A DNA stretch of 64,000 nucleotides from Oscillospiraceae bacterium (GTDB lineage: Bacteria; Bacillota; Clostridia; Oscillospirales; Acutalibacteraceae), in the NCBI GenBank assembly GCA_015065785.1, contig SVPR01000007.1:35634-99633 (forward strand), given 5' to 3'. The notes beneath the pieces were generated by a model. That model searched no databases, was not told the origin of the DNA, and saw only the letters and a program-made list of their open reading frames with translations. The position numbers and the translations under genes were made by a program. Positions 35,233-45,049 of the stretch are shown here, one piece after another; within the stretch, counting starts at the first letter, position 1; every line of letters begins with the position of its first letter.

Positions 35233-36732
35233 TTGGAAATTGAAAGAAAAATCGGCTTTAATAACGATATGTATATCGAAAAGCAGTCTGAACAAATCAA
35301 AAAAAGAATTGACGAATTCGGTGGCAAGCTCTACTTAGAATTCGGTGGCAAGCTTTTTGACGATTTTCACGCTGCAAGAGTTTTACCGGGATTTAAGCCT
35401 GACAGTAAACTGCAAATGCTCTTAAAGCTTAAAGACCAGGCAGAAATTGTTATTGTTATTTCTGCAAACGATATTGAAAGCAACAAGGTAAGACGCGACC
35501 TTGGTATTACCTATGACATTGATGTGCTTCGCCTTATGGATGCTTTCACAAGTGTAGGTCTTTATATAGGCAGCGTTGTTATTACTCAATTCAGCGGTCA
35601 GCCTGCTGCAATTAAATTTAAAGAAAAGCTCGAAACTCTCGGCATTAAAGCTTTTGTTCAATATGTTATCGAGGGCTACCCCTACAATGTTCAGCATATA
35701 GTAAGTGACCAGGGCTTTGGTAAAAACGATTACATTGAAACCTCTCGCCCACTTGTAGTTATTACAGCTCCGGGCCCCGGTAGCGGTAAAATGTCAACCT
35801 GTCTTTCACAGCTTTACCACGAAAATGCCCGTGGCGTTAAAGCAGGTTACGCTAAATTTGAAACATTCCCCATCTGGAATTTACCACTTAAACACCCTGT
35901 TAATTTAGCTTATGAAGCCGCTACTGCCGATTTGAATGATGTTAATATGATTGACCCTTATCACCTTGAAGCTTACGGCGAAACAACTGTAAACTACAAT
36001 CGTGATGTTGAGGTTTTCCCTGTTTTAAACGCTATGTTTGAAAAAATCGAAGGCGTCAGCCCATACAAATCACCTACTGATATGGGTGTTAATATGGCTG
36101 GTTTTTGCATTACTGATGACGAGGTTTGCAAAAAAGCTTCTCACGAGGAAATTATAAGAAGATATTTTTCAACTCTTTGTGACAAAAAAATGGGGCAGAA
36201 AAACGACCCTGCAATTCAAAAAATTGAAAGTCTTATGAATCAGGCAGGTATTTCTGTTGAAAATACAAGACCAATTGTAAAAACCGCACTTTTAAAGAGC
36301 GAAACCACAAACGGTCAACCTGCCGTTGCTTTAGAATTACCTAACGGACAAGTAGTAACAGGCAAGACCTCTGACCTTTTAGGTGCATCTTCAGCGGCAA
36401 TTTTAAACGCATTAAAAGTCCTTGCAGGAATTGATGACAACGAGCTTCTTATCAAAAGAGAAATTATTGAGCCTATTCAGGATTTAAAAACAGATTTCTT
36501 AGGCAACAGAAACCCAAGACTTCACACTGACGAGGTTTTAATTGCACTTTCAATGAGTGCTGTTACAAGCGAAAATGCTAAAAAAGCAATAGCAGAGCTT
36601 AAAAATCTCAGAGGAAGCGAGGCTCACTCAACAGTTATTCTTTCACAGATTGACGCTGACACATTCAGGAAATTAGGCGTTAATTTAACCTGCGAGCCAC
36701 AACACCAAAGCAAAAAGCTTTACCACAAATAA
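35233..36732 (+). CDS. DUF1846 / UPF0371 family protein
   Basis: KIGFNNDMYIEKQSEQIKKRI...LYLEFGGKLFDDFHAARVLPGF is characteristic of UPF0371. TTG 35233 after AGGGGTG preferred over the track ATG at 35188. Confidence 0.75.
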   Translation: MEIERKIGFNNDMYIEKQSEQIKKRIDEFGGKLYLEFGGKLFDDFHAARVLPGFKPDSKLQMLLKLKDQAEIVIVISANDIESNKVRRDLGITYDIDVLRLMDAFTSVGLYIGSVVITQFSGQPAAIKFKEKLETLGIKAFVQYVIEGYPYNVQHIVSDQGFGKNDYIETSRPLVVITAPGPGSGKMSTCLSQLYHENARGVKAGYAKFETFPIWNLPLKHPVNLAYEAATADLNDVNMIDPYHLEAYGETTVNYNRDVEVFPVLNAMFEKIEGVSPYKSPTDMGVNMAGFCITDDEVCKKASHEEIIRRYFSTLCDKKMGQKNDPAIQKIESLMNQAGISVENTRPIVKTALLKSETTNGQPAVALELPNGQVVTGKTSDLLGASSAAILNALKVLAGIDDNELLIKREIIEPIQDLKTDFLGNRNPRLHTDEVLIALSMSAVTSENAKKAIAELKNLRGSEAHSTVILSQIDADTFRKLGVNLTCEPQHQSKKLYHK

Positions 36733-36743
36733 TTTTAAAAAGC

Positions 36744-36785
36744 AAAAAACCGTAACGAGAAAATCTTCTCGTTACGGTTTTTTAT
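36744..36785. terminator. bidirectional intrinsic terminator
   Basis: AAAAAACCGTAACGAGAA-aatc-TTCTCGTTACGGTTTTTT. Confidence 0.85.
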
Positions 36786-36790
36786 TTTAT

Positions 36791-39700
36791 TTAATTTGCA
36801 TTTGTTGTGCCGGGTTCTGTTGTCGGTTCAGTTGTCGGTGGAGTTGTCGGCTCTGTTGTCGGTGGAGTTGTCGGCTCTGTTGTCGGTGGAGTTGTCGGCT
36901 CAGTTGCTGGTGGAGTCGTCGGCTCTGTTGTTGGTGGGGTTGTCGGCTCTGTTGTTGGTGGGGTTGTTACTTCACCCTTACTGCTTTCAATAACTAAACC
37001 TTCACTTGCAACATAAGCACTTCTGACACTACCGTTTACTGTGCGGACTGTATAGCGATAAGTAACATCCTCTTTTACGCTTTTGTCAATCCAGGCAGAT
37101 TTTGTTTCTTTCGCTGTTCCCATAACTGTCCATGATGACCACTTGCCATCTTTGCCTAAAGTAGCTCTGTAAACTGTATAACCTTTTGATCCGGCAGCTT
37201 TAGTCCAGGAAACCTTTATTCCTGTCTGGACAGCTTCAAGAGAAACTGTCGGTGTAGCAAGATATAAGAGCTCACTACTTGCAGTATAAAGACTTCTGCT
37301 TTCACCATTCACTGCACGAACAGTATATTTATACTTAACATTGCTTACAGCCTTTTCATCTACATAAGATGTAGTTGTTACTGATTTTAATGTAGTCCAG
37401 CCTGACCACTTGCCAGATTTATATTCAGCACGATATACCGTGTATTTTGTTGCACCGCTGATCTTATTCCAGCTTACATTTACACCTTTAGCTGCATTTG
37501 CAATTTTCACAGTAGGAATACTGAGGAATACATTTGTATTAGAAGCAACATAGCTACTCTTATATTTACCGCTTATTGCTCTGACTGTATATCTATAGGT
37601 GCCACCGGATTTAACTGTTTTATCAGTAAATGTTTTTGCAGTTGCTTTTGCAGTACCAAGATTCACCCATTTTGACCACTTGCCATCTTTCAATTCAGAA
37701 CGATAAATTGTGTAACCTTGTGCACCATCAACTTGATTCCAGCTACCAGAAATTCCATTTGCAGCATTGGTTACCTTTAAAGTAGGTTGTGCAAGATAAA
37801 TAAGAGTATTTGAAGCCTTATAGGTACTTCTTACAGAACCACTTACTGCACGAAGAGTATATCTGTATTGGCTACCTGATTTAACTGTTTTATCAGTAAA
37901 TGACTTTGCAGTAGCCTTAGTAGTGCCAAGGTTTAACCAGCTTGACCACTTACCATTCTTATATTCAGAACGGTAAATTGTGTAGCCTGTTGCACCATCA
38001 ATAGCATTCCATGTACCTGTAATGCCTGCTGCAGCATTTGAAATTGTCAAGGTTGGCTGTTCAAGAAAAATCATTCCTGCAGAAGCAGTATATCCACTTC
38101 TTTCCTTGCCAACAACTGCACGAATTGTATATCTGTATGTTCCACCACATTTTGTTTTATCATCTAACCATGAATTCTTTGCAGACTCAGTAGTGCCAAG
38201 AATAATCCAGCTTGACCACTTACCATCCTTTAATTCAGCTCGATAAACAGTGTAACTGTCAGCATTCGCTATTTTGTTCCACTTGATTAAAAGTCCTGTT
38301 GTAGAAATTGTCAAAGTAACCTTTGGTGACTCAATAAATGTTAAGCCAGCACTTTCTTTATAAGAACTTCTGAAATCACCGTTTACTGCACGAACTGTAT
38401 ATCTATATTTAACACCGGTTTTTGTAGTTTTATCTACCCAGGAAGATGCAGTTTCTTTTGCTGTGCCACGAACTTTCCAAGCAGACCATTTTTTTGTTTT
38501 AGTGTTATATTCAGAAGAATAAACTGTGTAACCTTTAGCATCTTCGTCCTTAGTCCAGCTCACTTTAATGCCGTTTGAAGCATTTTCGATTGTAACCTTT
38601 GGTGTATCAAGTGTGAGCTTTTCAATAATTGCCTTTTCGAGCTCCGCTTTACATACAGTACATTCTTTATGTTGTGAGCCTGTTTCTGTAAATGTTGCTT
38701 TCTTATCTGTAATCCACTCACTCTTTGTATGACCTGTTGCCTTTAATACTTCACCTGTTTCAATTGTTTTCTTACAATCAGAACAATATAAATCACCTGA
38801 ATAGCCCTCTTCTGTACAAGTCGGGGCTTTAGCGTTTACTGTTTCAGTGTTTTTGTGATTATCAGCGTCAATCGGAACTACAGTAACCTCTGTTTTTCCA
38901 ACACAATCAGGATTTACACACGGCTTATATTCAGAGCCCTCTGCAATACATGTTGCTTCGTCAATTGTAAATTCGGTAGCCCATGTGTGAGTTTTACCGT
39001 CCGGTTGAACCTCTTCAGTTTCTTTGTAATCGCAATCACCGTTCTGACAGAACTTTGCAATTTCACCTTTTACAGTACACTTTACTGGAACTGTAATTTC
39101 CCAACCGCCTAAATTATGAGAAACACCGTCCGCTTTAATTACTTCTGTTACTGAATGTGTGCAACCATCATTAAGACATTTTTGTACTTTTTCGCCATCG
39201 GTAACACAAGTTGCAGGAGTTACAATTTCCCAATCAGCGCTCATATTGTGGGCATCCTTGTCAATAGGAAGCACTTCTTCTACTTTGTAGTCACAGCCGT
39301 TCAAGCAAGTTGCAACTTTTTTACCCTCTGCAACACAGGTAGCAGGAATAACACTCCATCCACCTAAATTATGCGCATTTTCATCAACAGGAATTGAATC
39401 TGTTTGTGTCTGACCGCAACCATTTGCACATTCTTTAGTTTTTACGCCCTCTGCATTACAAGTCGCAGGAGTTGTTACAACCCAATCATTGGACCAGTCG
39501 TGAGTTTTACCATCTGCTTTAAGAGTATCAGTTACCTTGTATTCGCAACCATTATTCTGGCAATATCTTACCAAAACACCATCTTTTATGCAGTTTTGTG
39601 CTTCTAAAACCTCAAAACCGCCTAATGTATGAGCATTTTCGTCAATTTCAGTTTCTCTTGTAATCACTTCTTCACAAAGAGTACATTCACCTGATTCTAC

Positions 39701-41818
39701 ACCCTTTGTAACACAAGTTGCAGGAGTTGTTTCTGTCCATTGAGTTATTTCGTGATTTTCAGCATCCAATTCGCCATAAGGATTTTTACAAATTTCACAA
39801 ATAGCCTTAGCAACACAAGTTGCAGTACCACCTGTGTGGTCATCTTCACCATGCTCTTCTATTGTAAGAGTACCATTTACATAAGTTATTTCATAGTTAG
39901 CACCCGCATCTGCAGCTGAAGCTACAATATCGTATGTGCCATTAGTTTCAGTATCTGTTGCAGTTGTGGTTAATTCCGGTTCCAATGTTAATTCATCTTC
40001 ACCAATCAAGCCCTTAACTGTATATTCTGTAAATTCCGGCATTTCAGCGTACTGTGCAATTGTTTTGTCACCGGCTGTAATAGTAAGAGGAGCTTTAGTA
40101 ATAGCAACAGTTGTTTCAAAAGTTACTGTTTCTAAAGTATAGTTTGCTACATTTTCACCTGTAAGAACAAAATCAGTTACTATAACTGTTTTATCATTGC
40201 CTACATTAGCATCCTCTGAATTTGCTACAAGCTTATCTAAATCAATTTTAACAATTTCAGAAGGAATGATACCATTTAATGATACTTCTGATATTTTAAT
40301 CGCAGTTGTTCCGTCGTATGTGCGACTTGTTGCAGTTGCACTTACTACTGAAAGAATTGCTTTTTCAATCGTATAAGTTTTAGTTACTGTACCTGTGTAG
40401 TTACCTTTACCTGTAATTACAACTGTAATTTCACCTGAATTTATGAAATCTTCTGTTGCTGTTTCACCGCGTTTATATTCTACTGTGTAATCGGTATCGA
40501 GAGTTAATCCATCAACAGTAACAGTTGGTTTTTGTTCTGCACCATTATAGGTAACATTCTCTGATAATGTTGCCATTTCATCAGTGATAGCTTTTTGCCC
40601 AATAGTTACAGTAACAGGGCCTGCAGCTTCAACATCGTTATAGTTTTCATTACCTACAACTCTGTAATACACATTATAAGTACCTGCATCTGTAGCAGCA
40701 GGAACAGTTGTGCTCCATTCAGCATCTTCGGATTCCCCTAATTTGTACTCAATTGTACCATTAGTAGCAGTACCAGCTGCTACAAGATTCTGTTCTTCGC
40801 CTGTATAAACTAAATTTTCAATTGCTGTCGGTGCGGTTAAAACTGTTGAATCAGCTTTAGTTACATTTACAGTGAATTCTGTAGCTGACGGTGCTTCGTT
40901 AACAGGTGATCCAACATAAGCTTCACCCTGAGGGTTATAAGAAACAGTATAGCTGTATTCACCTACACTCAATGTATTTAAATATGAAGCGTTAAGTGTA
41001 ATTTTATTGTTTTCTGTATCTACTGTGTAATCATCGCTATCAAGCTGTGCTTCACCACATTCAATAGCTTCTACAGTATTACCATTAAATGTTACACTTA
41101 TTTCTTTATCAGTATTTTCATTATAAGTGTACTCAATAGTTTGATTTTCTGATACTGAATCACTGTAAAGAACAATACCATCACTACTGATATATGTTAC
41201 ATTACCAACATTATCAGTAATTTTTGCATAAATTACATTTTTAGAGTCAGCATTGAGTGAAACTGCTCCACCATTTTCAATGGTCTGCCACTCAATAATT
41301 TCAGACATATCAGAAATTTGCTCGGCAGAAACATAATATTCAACAGAAGCAACACCACTACCCTCTGCATCATCAGCAGTAATAGTTAATGTATTTGCTT
41401 CTTTAAAGAACAACGCAAAGCTTATTGTATCAAGAAGTGTTGACCAGTTGTTGCTTTCACCAAGTTTAATTAAACCTGTTGGATAAACTGAATCTATCTG
41501 AACATCAGAAATAGTGATAATATCTGATACTGCATCGTCAGACAACCTTTTTACATAAAAGCTTTTAGAACTGTCAGCTTCAAATGTTAAGCTTTCACTC
41601 CAATCACCATCCGGAGTGGTTGAAAGCGCATAACCGTCTGCAGCAGTAACTGTCAAGCTCCTTGCCCATGTTTCATACTCTGATGTTTTTTCCAGTGTGT
41701 ACATATCAGGATCATCCAGATAACCTGAATCACCTTCTGCACTCGCAATTATAGGTGTTGAAAAGCATACGCCTATAACAAATATGCATGATAAAAATAA
41801 ACTTAAAAATCTTTTCAT
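36791..41818 (-). CDS. giant secreted adhesin-like protein: Ig/MBG-like repeats, 10 His-Cys3 modules, 6 Fn3-like modules, (TTEPTTPP)n tail
   Basis: ATG 41818 after AAAGGAAG. Signal peptide MKRFLSLFLSCIFVIGVCFSTPIIASA. YTGEEQ/YNGAEQ/RTYDGTT...NYxL adhesin-type repeats (about 39860-41000), Cys-rich region 38620-39860, Fn3-like modules 37010-38620. Confidence 0.85.
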   Translation of the reverse strand: MKRFLSLFLSCIFVIGVCFSTPIIASAEGDSGYLDDPDMYTLEKTSEYETWARSLTVTAADGYALSTTPDGDWSESLTFEADSSKSFYVKRLSDDAVSDIITISDVQIDSVYPTGLIKLGESNNWSTLLDTISFALFFKEANTLTITADDAEGSGVASVEYYVSAEQISDMSEIIEWQTIENGGAVSLNADSKNVIYAKITDNVGNVTYISSDGIVLYSDSVSENQTIEYTYNENTDKEISVTFNGNTVEAIECGEAQLDSDDYTVDTENNKITLNASYLNTLSVGEYSYTVSYNPQGEAYVGSPVNEAPSATEFTVNVTKADSTVLTAPTAIENLVYTGEEQNLVAAGTATNGTIEYKLGESEDAEWSTTVPAATDAGTYNVYYRVVGNENYNDVEAAGPVTVTIGQKAITDEMATLSENVTYNGAEQKPTVTVDGLTLDTDYTVEYKRGETATEDFINSGEITVVITGKGNYTGTVTKTYTIEKAILSVVSATATSRTYDGTTAIKISEVSLNGIIPSEIVKIDLDKLVANSEDANVGNDKTVIVTDFVLTGENVANYTLETVTFETTVAITKAPLTITAGDKTIAQYAEMPEFTEYTVKGLIGEDELTLEPELTTTATDTETNGTYDIVASAADAGANYEITYVNGTLTIEEHGEDDHTGGTATCVAKAICEICKNPYGELDAENHEITQWTETTPATCVTKGVESGECTLCEEVITRETEIDENAHTLGGFEVLEAQNCIKDGVLVRYCQNNGCEYKVTDTLKADGKTHDWSNDWVVTTPATCNAEGVKTKECANGCGQTQTDSIPVDENAHNLGGWSVIPATCVAEGKKVATCLNGCDYKVEEVLPIDKDAHNMSADWEIVTPATCVTDGEKVQKCLNDGCTHSVTEVIKADGVSHNLGGWEITVPVKCTVKGEIAKFCQNGDCDYKETEEVQPDGKTHTWATEFTIDEATCIAEGSEYKPCVNPDCVGKTEVTVVPIDADNHKNTETVNAKAPTCTEEGYSGDLYCSDCKKTIETGEVLKATGHTKSEWITDKKATFTETGSQHKECTVCKAELEKAIIEKLTLDTPKVTIENASNGIKVSWTKDEDAKGYTVYSSEYNTKTKKWSAWKVRGTAKETASSWVDKTTKTGVKYRYTVRAVNGDFRSSYKESAGLTFIESPKVTLTISTTGLLIKWNKIANADSYTVYRAELKDGKWSSWIILGTTESAKNSWLDDKTKCGGTYRYTIRAVVGKERSGYTASAGMIFLEQPTLTISNAAAGITGTWNAIDGATGYTIYRSEYKNGKWSSWLNLGTTKATAKSFTDKTVKSGSQYRYTLRAVSGSVRSTYKASNTLIYLAQPTLKVTNAANGISGSWNQVDGAQGYTIYRSELKDGKWSKWVNLGTAKATAKTFTDKTVKSGGTYRYTVRAISGKYKSSYVASNTNVFLSIPTVKIANAAKGVNVSWNKISGATKYTVYRAEYKSGKWSGWTTLKSVTTTSYVDEKAVSNVKYKYTVRAVNGESRSLYTASSELLYLATPTVSLEAVQTGIKVSWTKAAGSKGYTVYRATLGKDGKWSSWTVMGTAKETKSAWIDKSVKEDVTYRYTVRTVNGSVRSAYVASEGLVIESSKGEVTTPPTTEPTTPPTTEPTTPPATEPTTPPTTEPTTPPTTEPTTPPTTEPTTEPGTTNAN
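36811..36968 (-). repeat. 24-nt in-frame tandem repeat (about 6.5 units) encoding TTEPTTPP
   Basis: Plus strand ggctctgttgtcggtggagttgtc reiterated with few substitutions. Confidence 0.85.
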
Positions 41819-41866
41819 CAAAACACTTCCTTTTTATTTATTTTATAGCAATAATTATACATTATA

Positions 41867-41895
41867 ATTGTACCGAATTTTGTGTGTAAAGTCAA
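41867..41895 (-). promoter_or_regulatory. sigma-A promoter of 36791-41818
   Basis: Minus strand TTGACT (41890-41895), 17-nt spacer, TACAAT (41867-41872), immediately downstream of the composite element. Confidence 0.55.
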
Positions 41896-41905
41896 TATGT
41901 TTTTT

Positions 41906-42025
41906 AGTGGTCAGTGGTCAGTTATTAAGTATAAAAGTTCTGCCATTCTTAGTTTACAAAAAACTAAAAATGACAGAACAAACTATTTTTATATCCAGCG
42001 ACTGACCACTGACTTACTGACCACT
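41906..42025 (-). repeat. complete composite element: arm (GTGGTCA heptads) / core hairpin / inverted arm
   Basis: Arms 41906-41923 (AGTGGTCAGTGGTCAGTT) and 42001-42025 (ACTGACCACTGACTTACTGACCACT) are complementary apart from one extra unit. The right arm overlaps the argF stop codon (42024-42026). Confidence 0.8.
41937..41979 (-). terminator. conserved core hairpin, copy 3; terminator of the arg operon
   Basis: Minus strand GTTCTGTCATTTTTAGTTT-tttgt-AAACTAAGAATGGCAGAAC followed by TTTTATAC. The two non-Watson-Crick positions are G-U on the minus strand and C-A on the plus strand. Confidence 0.75.
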
Positions 42026-43010
42026 ATTTAAGCGTAGCTAACATAACTGCCTTAATTGTATGCATTCTGTTCTCTGCCTCCTGGAATACAACTGATTGCT
42101 CACTTTCAAAAACATCGTCAGTAACCTCAACTGCAGTTCTGTTGAACTTATCGCAGATTTTTTTACCGATTTCTGTCTTTTTGTCGTGATAAGATGGAAG
42201 ACAGTGCATAAAGATTGTGTCTTTGCCTGTGTGTGACATTAACTCTTTATTTACTTGATATTTAGAAAGGTCGTTAATTCTTTCTGCCCATACAAGCTCA
42301 GGCTCACCCATTGAAACCCAGACATCTGTGTAAACAACATCTGCGTTTTTAACTGCAGAAACAGGGTCCTCCGAGAAAGTGAGTGTAGCACCTGTTGTCT
42401 TTGCAATTTTTTTGCATTCGCCAACTAAATCTGTATCAGGAAAATATTTTTTAGGTGCACAGGCAACAAAGTTCATACCCATTTTTGCACAGCCCACCAT
42501 TAAAGAGTTACCCATATTATATCTTGCATCGCCTAAATAAACGAAGTTAATGCCTTTTAAGTAGCCAAATTTTTCTTTAATTGTAAGAAAATCTGCAAGA
42601 ATCTGTGTAGGGTGAAATTCATTTGTAAGGCCGTTCCATACAGGAACAGAAGAATATCTTGCCAATTCTTCAACAACCTCTTGCCCGTAGCCACGATATT
42701 CAATTCCGTCATAAATAGAAGAAAGCACTCTTGCTGTGTCAGCAATACTTTCTTTTCTGCCTATCTGAGAAGCAGACGGGTCAAGGTAAGTAACGCCCAT
42801 ACCCAAATCTCTTGCCGCAACCTCGAAGCTACAACGGGTTCTTGTGCTTGTTTTTTCAAATATAAGAGCAATATTTTTACCCTTTAAAACCTCGTGAGAA
42901 ACATTATTTTTCTTTTGCTCTTTAAGCTCTGCCGCAAGGTCTATAAGATATTCAATTTCTTCGCTTGTGTAGTCAAGCAACTTTAAAAAATCTCTACCTG
43001 CTAAATTCAT
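42024..43010 (-). CDS. argF: ornithine carbamoyltransferase
   Basis: [17 protein letters not shown] motifs. 328 aa. Confidence 0.93.
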   Translation of the reverse strand: MNLAGRDFLKLLDYTSEEIEYLIDLAAELKEQKKNNVSHEVLKGKNIALIFEKTSTRTRCSFEVAARDLGMGVTYLDPSASQIGRKESIADTARVLSSIYDGIEYRGYGQEVVEELARYSSVPVWNGLTNEFHPTQILADFLTIKEKFGYLKGINFVYLGDARYNMGNSLMVGCAKMGMNFVACAPKKYFPDTDLVGECKKIAKTTGATLTFSEDPVSAVKNADVVYTDVWVSMGEPELVWAERINDLSKYQVNKELMSHTGKDTIFMHCLPSYHDKKTEIGKKICDKFNRTAVEVTDDVFESEQSVVFQEAENRMHTIKAVMLATLK

Positions 43011-43014
43011 TTTC

Positions 43015-44178
43015 TTACCCCTTTACTGCCATTTTAATTACTTCAATTGCCTTTTTCAGCTCTTCATCAGTAATATTAAGCGGTGGCAAAAGTCTTACTT
43101 TATTTTTTGCTTTTATAGGAAGCACGCCGTTTTCACGGCAGATTGCAATTACTTCGCCTGCGTCCTTTTCTGTTTCAATACCGAGCATAAGACCCAAACC
43201 TGTAACACTCTTTACGCCCTCTGCATTGTTAAGCTCATCAATTATATATTGTGATTTTCTTTTAACTTCAGCTAAAAACTCACAGGTCAGACGAGAAATT
43301 ATATTCACAGCACCCGCACAAGCAACAGGGTTACCGCCGAATGTTGAGCCGTGAGTGCCTGCTGTTAAAACATCCTTTGTTTTTTCGCCGAACATAACAG
43401 CACCTATAGGGAGTCCACCACCCAAGCCCTTTGCAGTAGTTACAATATCAGGTGTAACACCGTAATTCATATATCCGTAAAGCTTGCCTGTTCTGCCGTT
43501 ACCTGTCTGAACCTCGTCAACAATCATTAAAATATCTTCTTTTTCGCATATCTCTTTAATTGCAGAAACAAATTCCTGAGTAAGCGGAACAACGCCACCC
43601 TCGCCCTGAACAGTTTCAAACATAATAGCCGCTAATTTATTTTCAGAAACTACTTTTTTAAGCATTTCAACATCATTAGCATCAGTGTAAACGAAGCCCT
43701 CTGTAAGCGGGAGAAAATCGTTGTGGAATGTATCCTGACCTGTTGCCGCTAATGTTGTAATTGTTCTGCCGTGGAAGCTGTTATTAAGAGTTAAGATTTT
43801 ATAATAATCTTTGCCTTTCTTCTGAAACGCATATTTTCTCGCAGTTTTAATTGCACCCTCATTAGCCTCGGCACCGGAATTACCGAAAAATACTTTCTTC
43901 ATACCAGTTTTTTCGCAAAGAAGCTCAGCTAAATTAACACAAGGCTCTGAGTAATAAAGATTTGAGGTGTGCTGACAGGTAGTTAATTGCTTTGTAACAG
44001 CACCTACCCATTCTTCATCACACATACCGAAAATATTTACAGCAATACCGCTTCCCATATCAATATACTCTTTGCCGTTTTCATCATAAACCAGAGAGCC
44101 TTTACCTGAAACGATTTCTACAGGAAATCTTCCGTAGGTATTAGCTATGTAACACTGGTCTTTCTCCTTAACGCTCAT
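43015..44178 (-). CDS. argD: acetylornithine aminotransferase
   Basis: [12 protein letters not shown] and TTAKGLGGG (PLP Lys) motifs. ATG 44178 (MSVKEKD) sits 7 nt after GAGGAG. The track start at 44217 lies inside argB. Confidence 0.9.
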   Translation of the reverse strand: MSVKEKDQCYIANTYGRFPVEIVSGKGSLVYDENGKEYIDMGSGIAVNIFGMCDEEWVGAVTKQLTTCQHTSNLYYSEPCVNLAELLCEKTGMKKVFFGNSGAEANEGAIKTARKYAFQKKGKDYYKILTLNNSFHGRTITTLAATGQDTFHNDFLPLTEGFVYTDANDVEMLKKVVSENKLAAIMFETVQGEGGVVPLTQEFVSAIKEICEKEDILMIVDEVQTGNGRTGKLYGYMNYGVTPDIVTTAKGLGGGLPIGAVMFGEKTKDVLTAGTHGSTFGGNPVACAGAVNIISRLTCEFLAEVKRKSQYIIDELNNAEGVKSVTGLGLMLGIETEKDAGEVIAICRENGVLPIKAKNKVRLLPPLNITDEELKKAIEVIKMAVKG

Positions 44179-45049
44179 CGTCATACTCCTCTGTAACCAT
44201 TGTACCTGCACCCTCATCAGTCAACAACTCAATGAGAATTGAATGTGGAATTCTACCGTCCATAATAATTACTTTTTCTACGCCTTTTCTGATAGCGTCA
44301 ATACAGCATTCTACTTTTGGAATCATACCGCCTGAAATAACGCCTGTCTGGAAAAGCTTTTGTGCATCTTCAATATTGATGCACTTAATAATAGAATTCG
44401 GGTCATCCTTATCCTTTAAAACACCTGCAATGTCTGTCATAGAAATAAGTCTTGTTGCATTCATTGCACCTGCTATATAAGAAGCCGCAGTGTCAGCATT
44501 TATGTTATAAACATTACCCTCATTGTCGCAACCAACAGTTGAAACAACAGGAATGTAGCCTTTTTCTAAAACATCTAAAACAGGAGTAACATCAACCTTT
44601 GTAATTCTTCCTACAAAGCCTAATCTTTCGTCTTTTGTTTCCGCTTCAATCATATGACCGTCAAGACCTGAAATACCAATAGCCTTGCCACCGTTAATCT
44701 GAATAAGATTAACGAGTGTTTTATTGATTTTACCTGCAAGTACCATCTGAACAACATCTGCAGTTTCTTTATCAGTAACACGAAGACCGTCAACAAACTT
44801 GCTTTCTTTACCTATTTTATTCAAGGTTTCTGTAATTTCAGGACCACCGCCGTGAACTAAAACAACCTTTACACCAATCAAGTGAAGAAGAACAATATCT
44901 TCCATAACCTGTTGCTTTAATTCCTCGCTTACCATTGCATTACCGCCGTATTTGACAACAACGATTTTATCGTGATATTTCTGAATATAAGGCAACGCTT
45001 GTGTAAGTATTTCTGCTCTGTCTAAATTTGTAACATTTTTATCTATCAT
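44168..45049 (-). CDS. argB: acetylglutamate kinase
   Basis: VVKYGGNAM, VLVHGGGP motifs. Start overlaps the argJ stop. Confidence 0.93.
   Translation of the reverse strand: MIDKNVTNLDRAEILTQALPYIQKYHDKIVVVKYGGNAMVSEELKQQVMEDIVLLHLIGVKVVLVHGGGPEITETLNKIGKESKFVDGLRVTDKETADVVQMVLAGKINKTLVNLIQINGGKAIGISGLDGHMIEAETKDERLGFVGRITKVDVTPVLDVLEKGYIPVVSTVGCDNEGNVYNINADTAASYIAGAMNATRLISMTDIAGVLKDKDDPNSIIKCINIEDAQKLFQTGVISGGMIPKVECCIDAIRKGVEKVIIMDGRIPHSILIELLTDEGAGTMVTEEYDDER

Noticed and set aside
36796-37016. Plus-strand ORFs 36796-36993 and 36807-37016 encoding (VVGS/LSVE)n.
   Set aside because: They are antisense reading of the 24-nt TTEPTTPP tandem repeat inside the 1676-aa gene, with no independent start signals.
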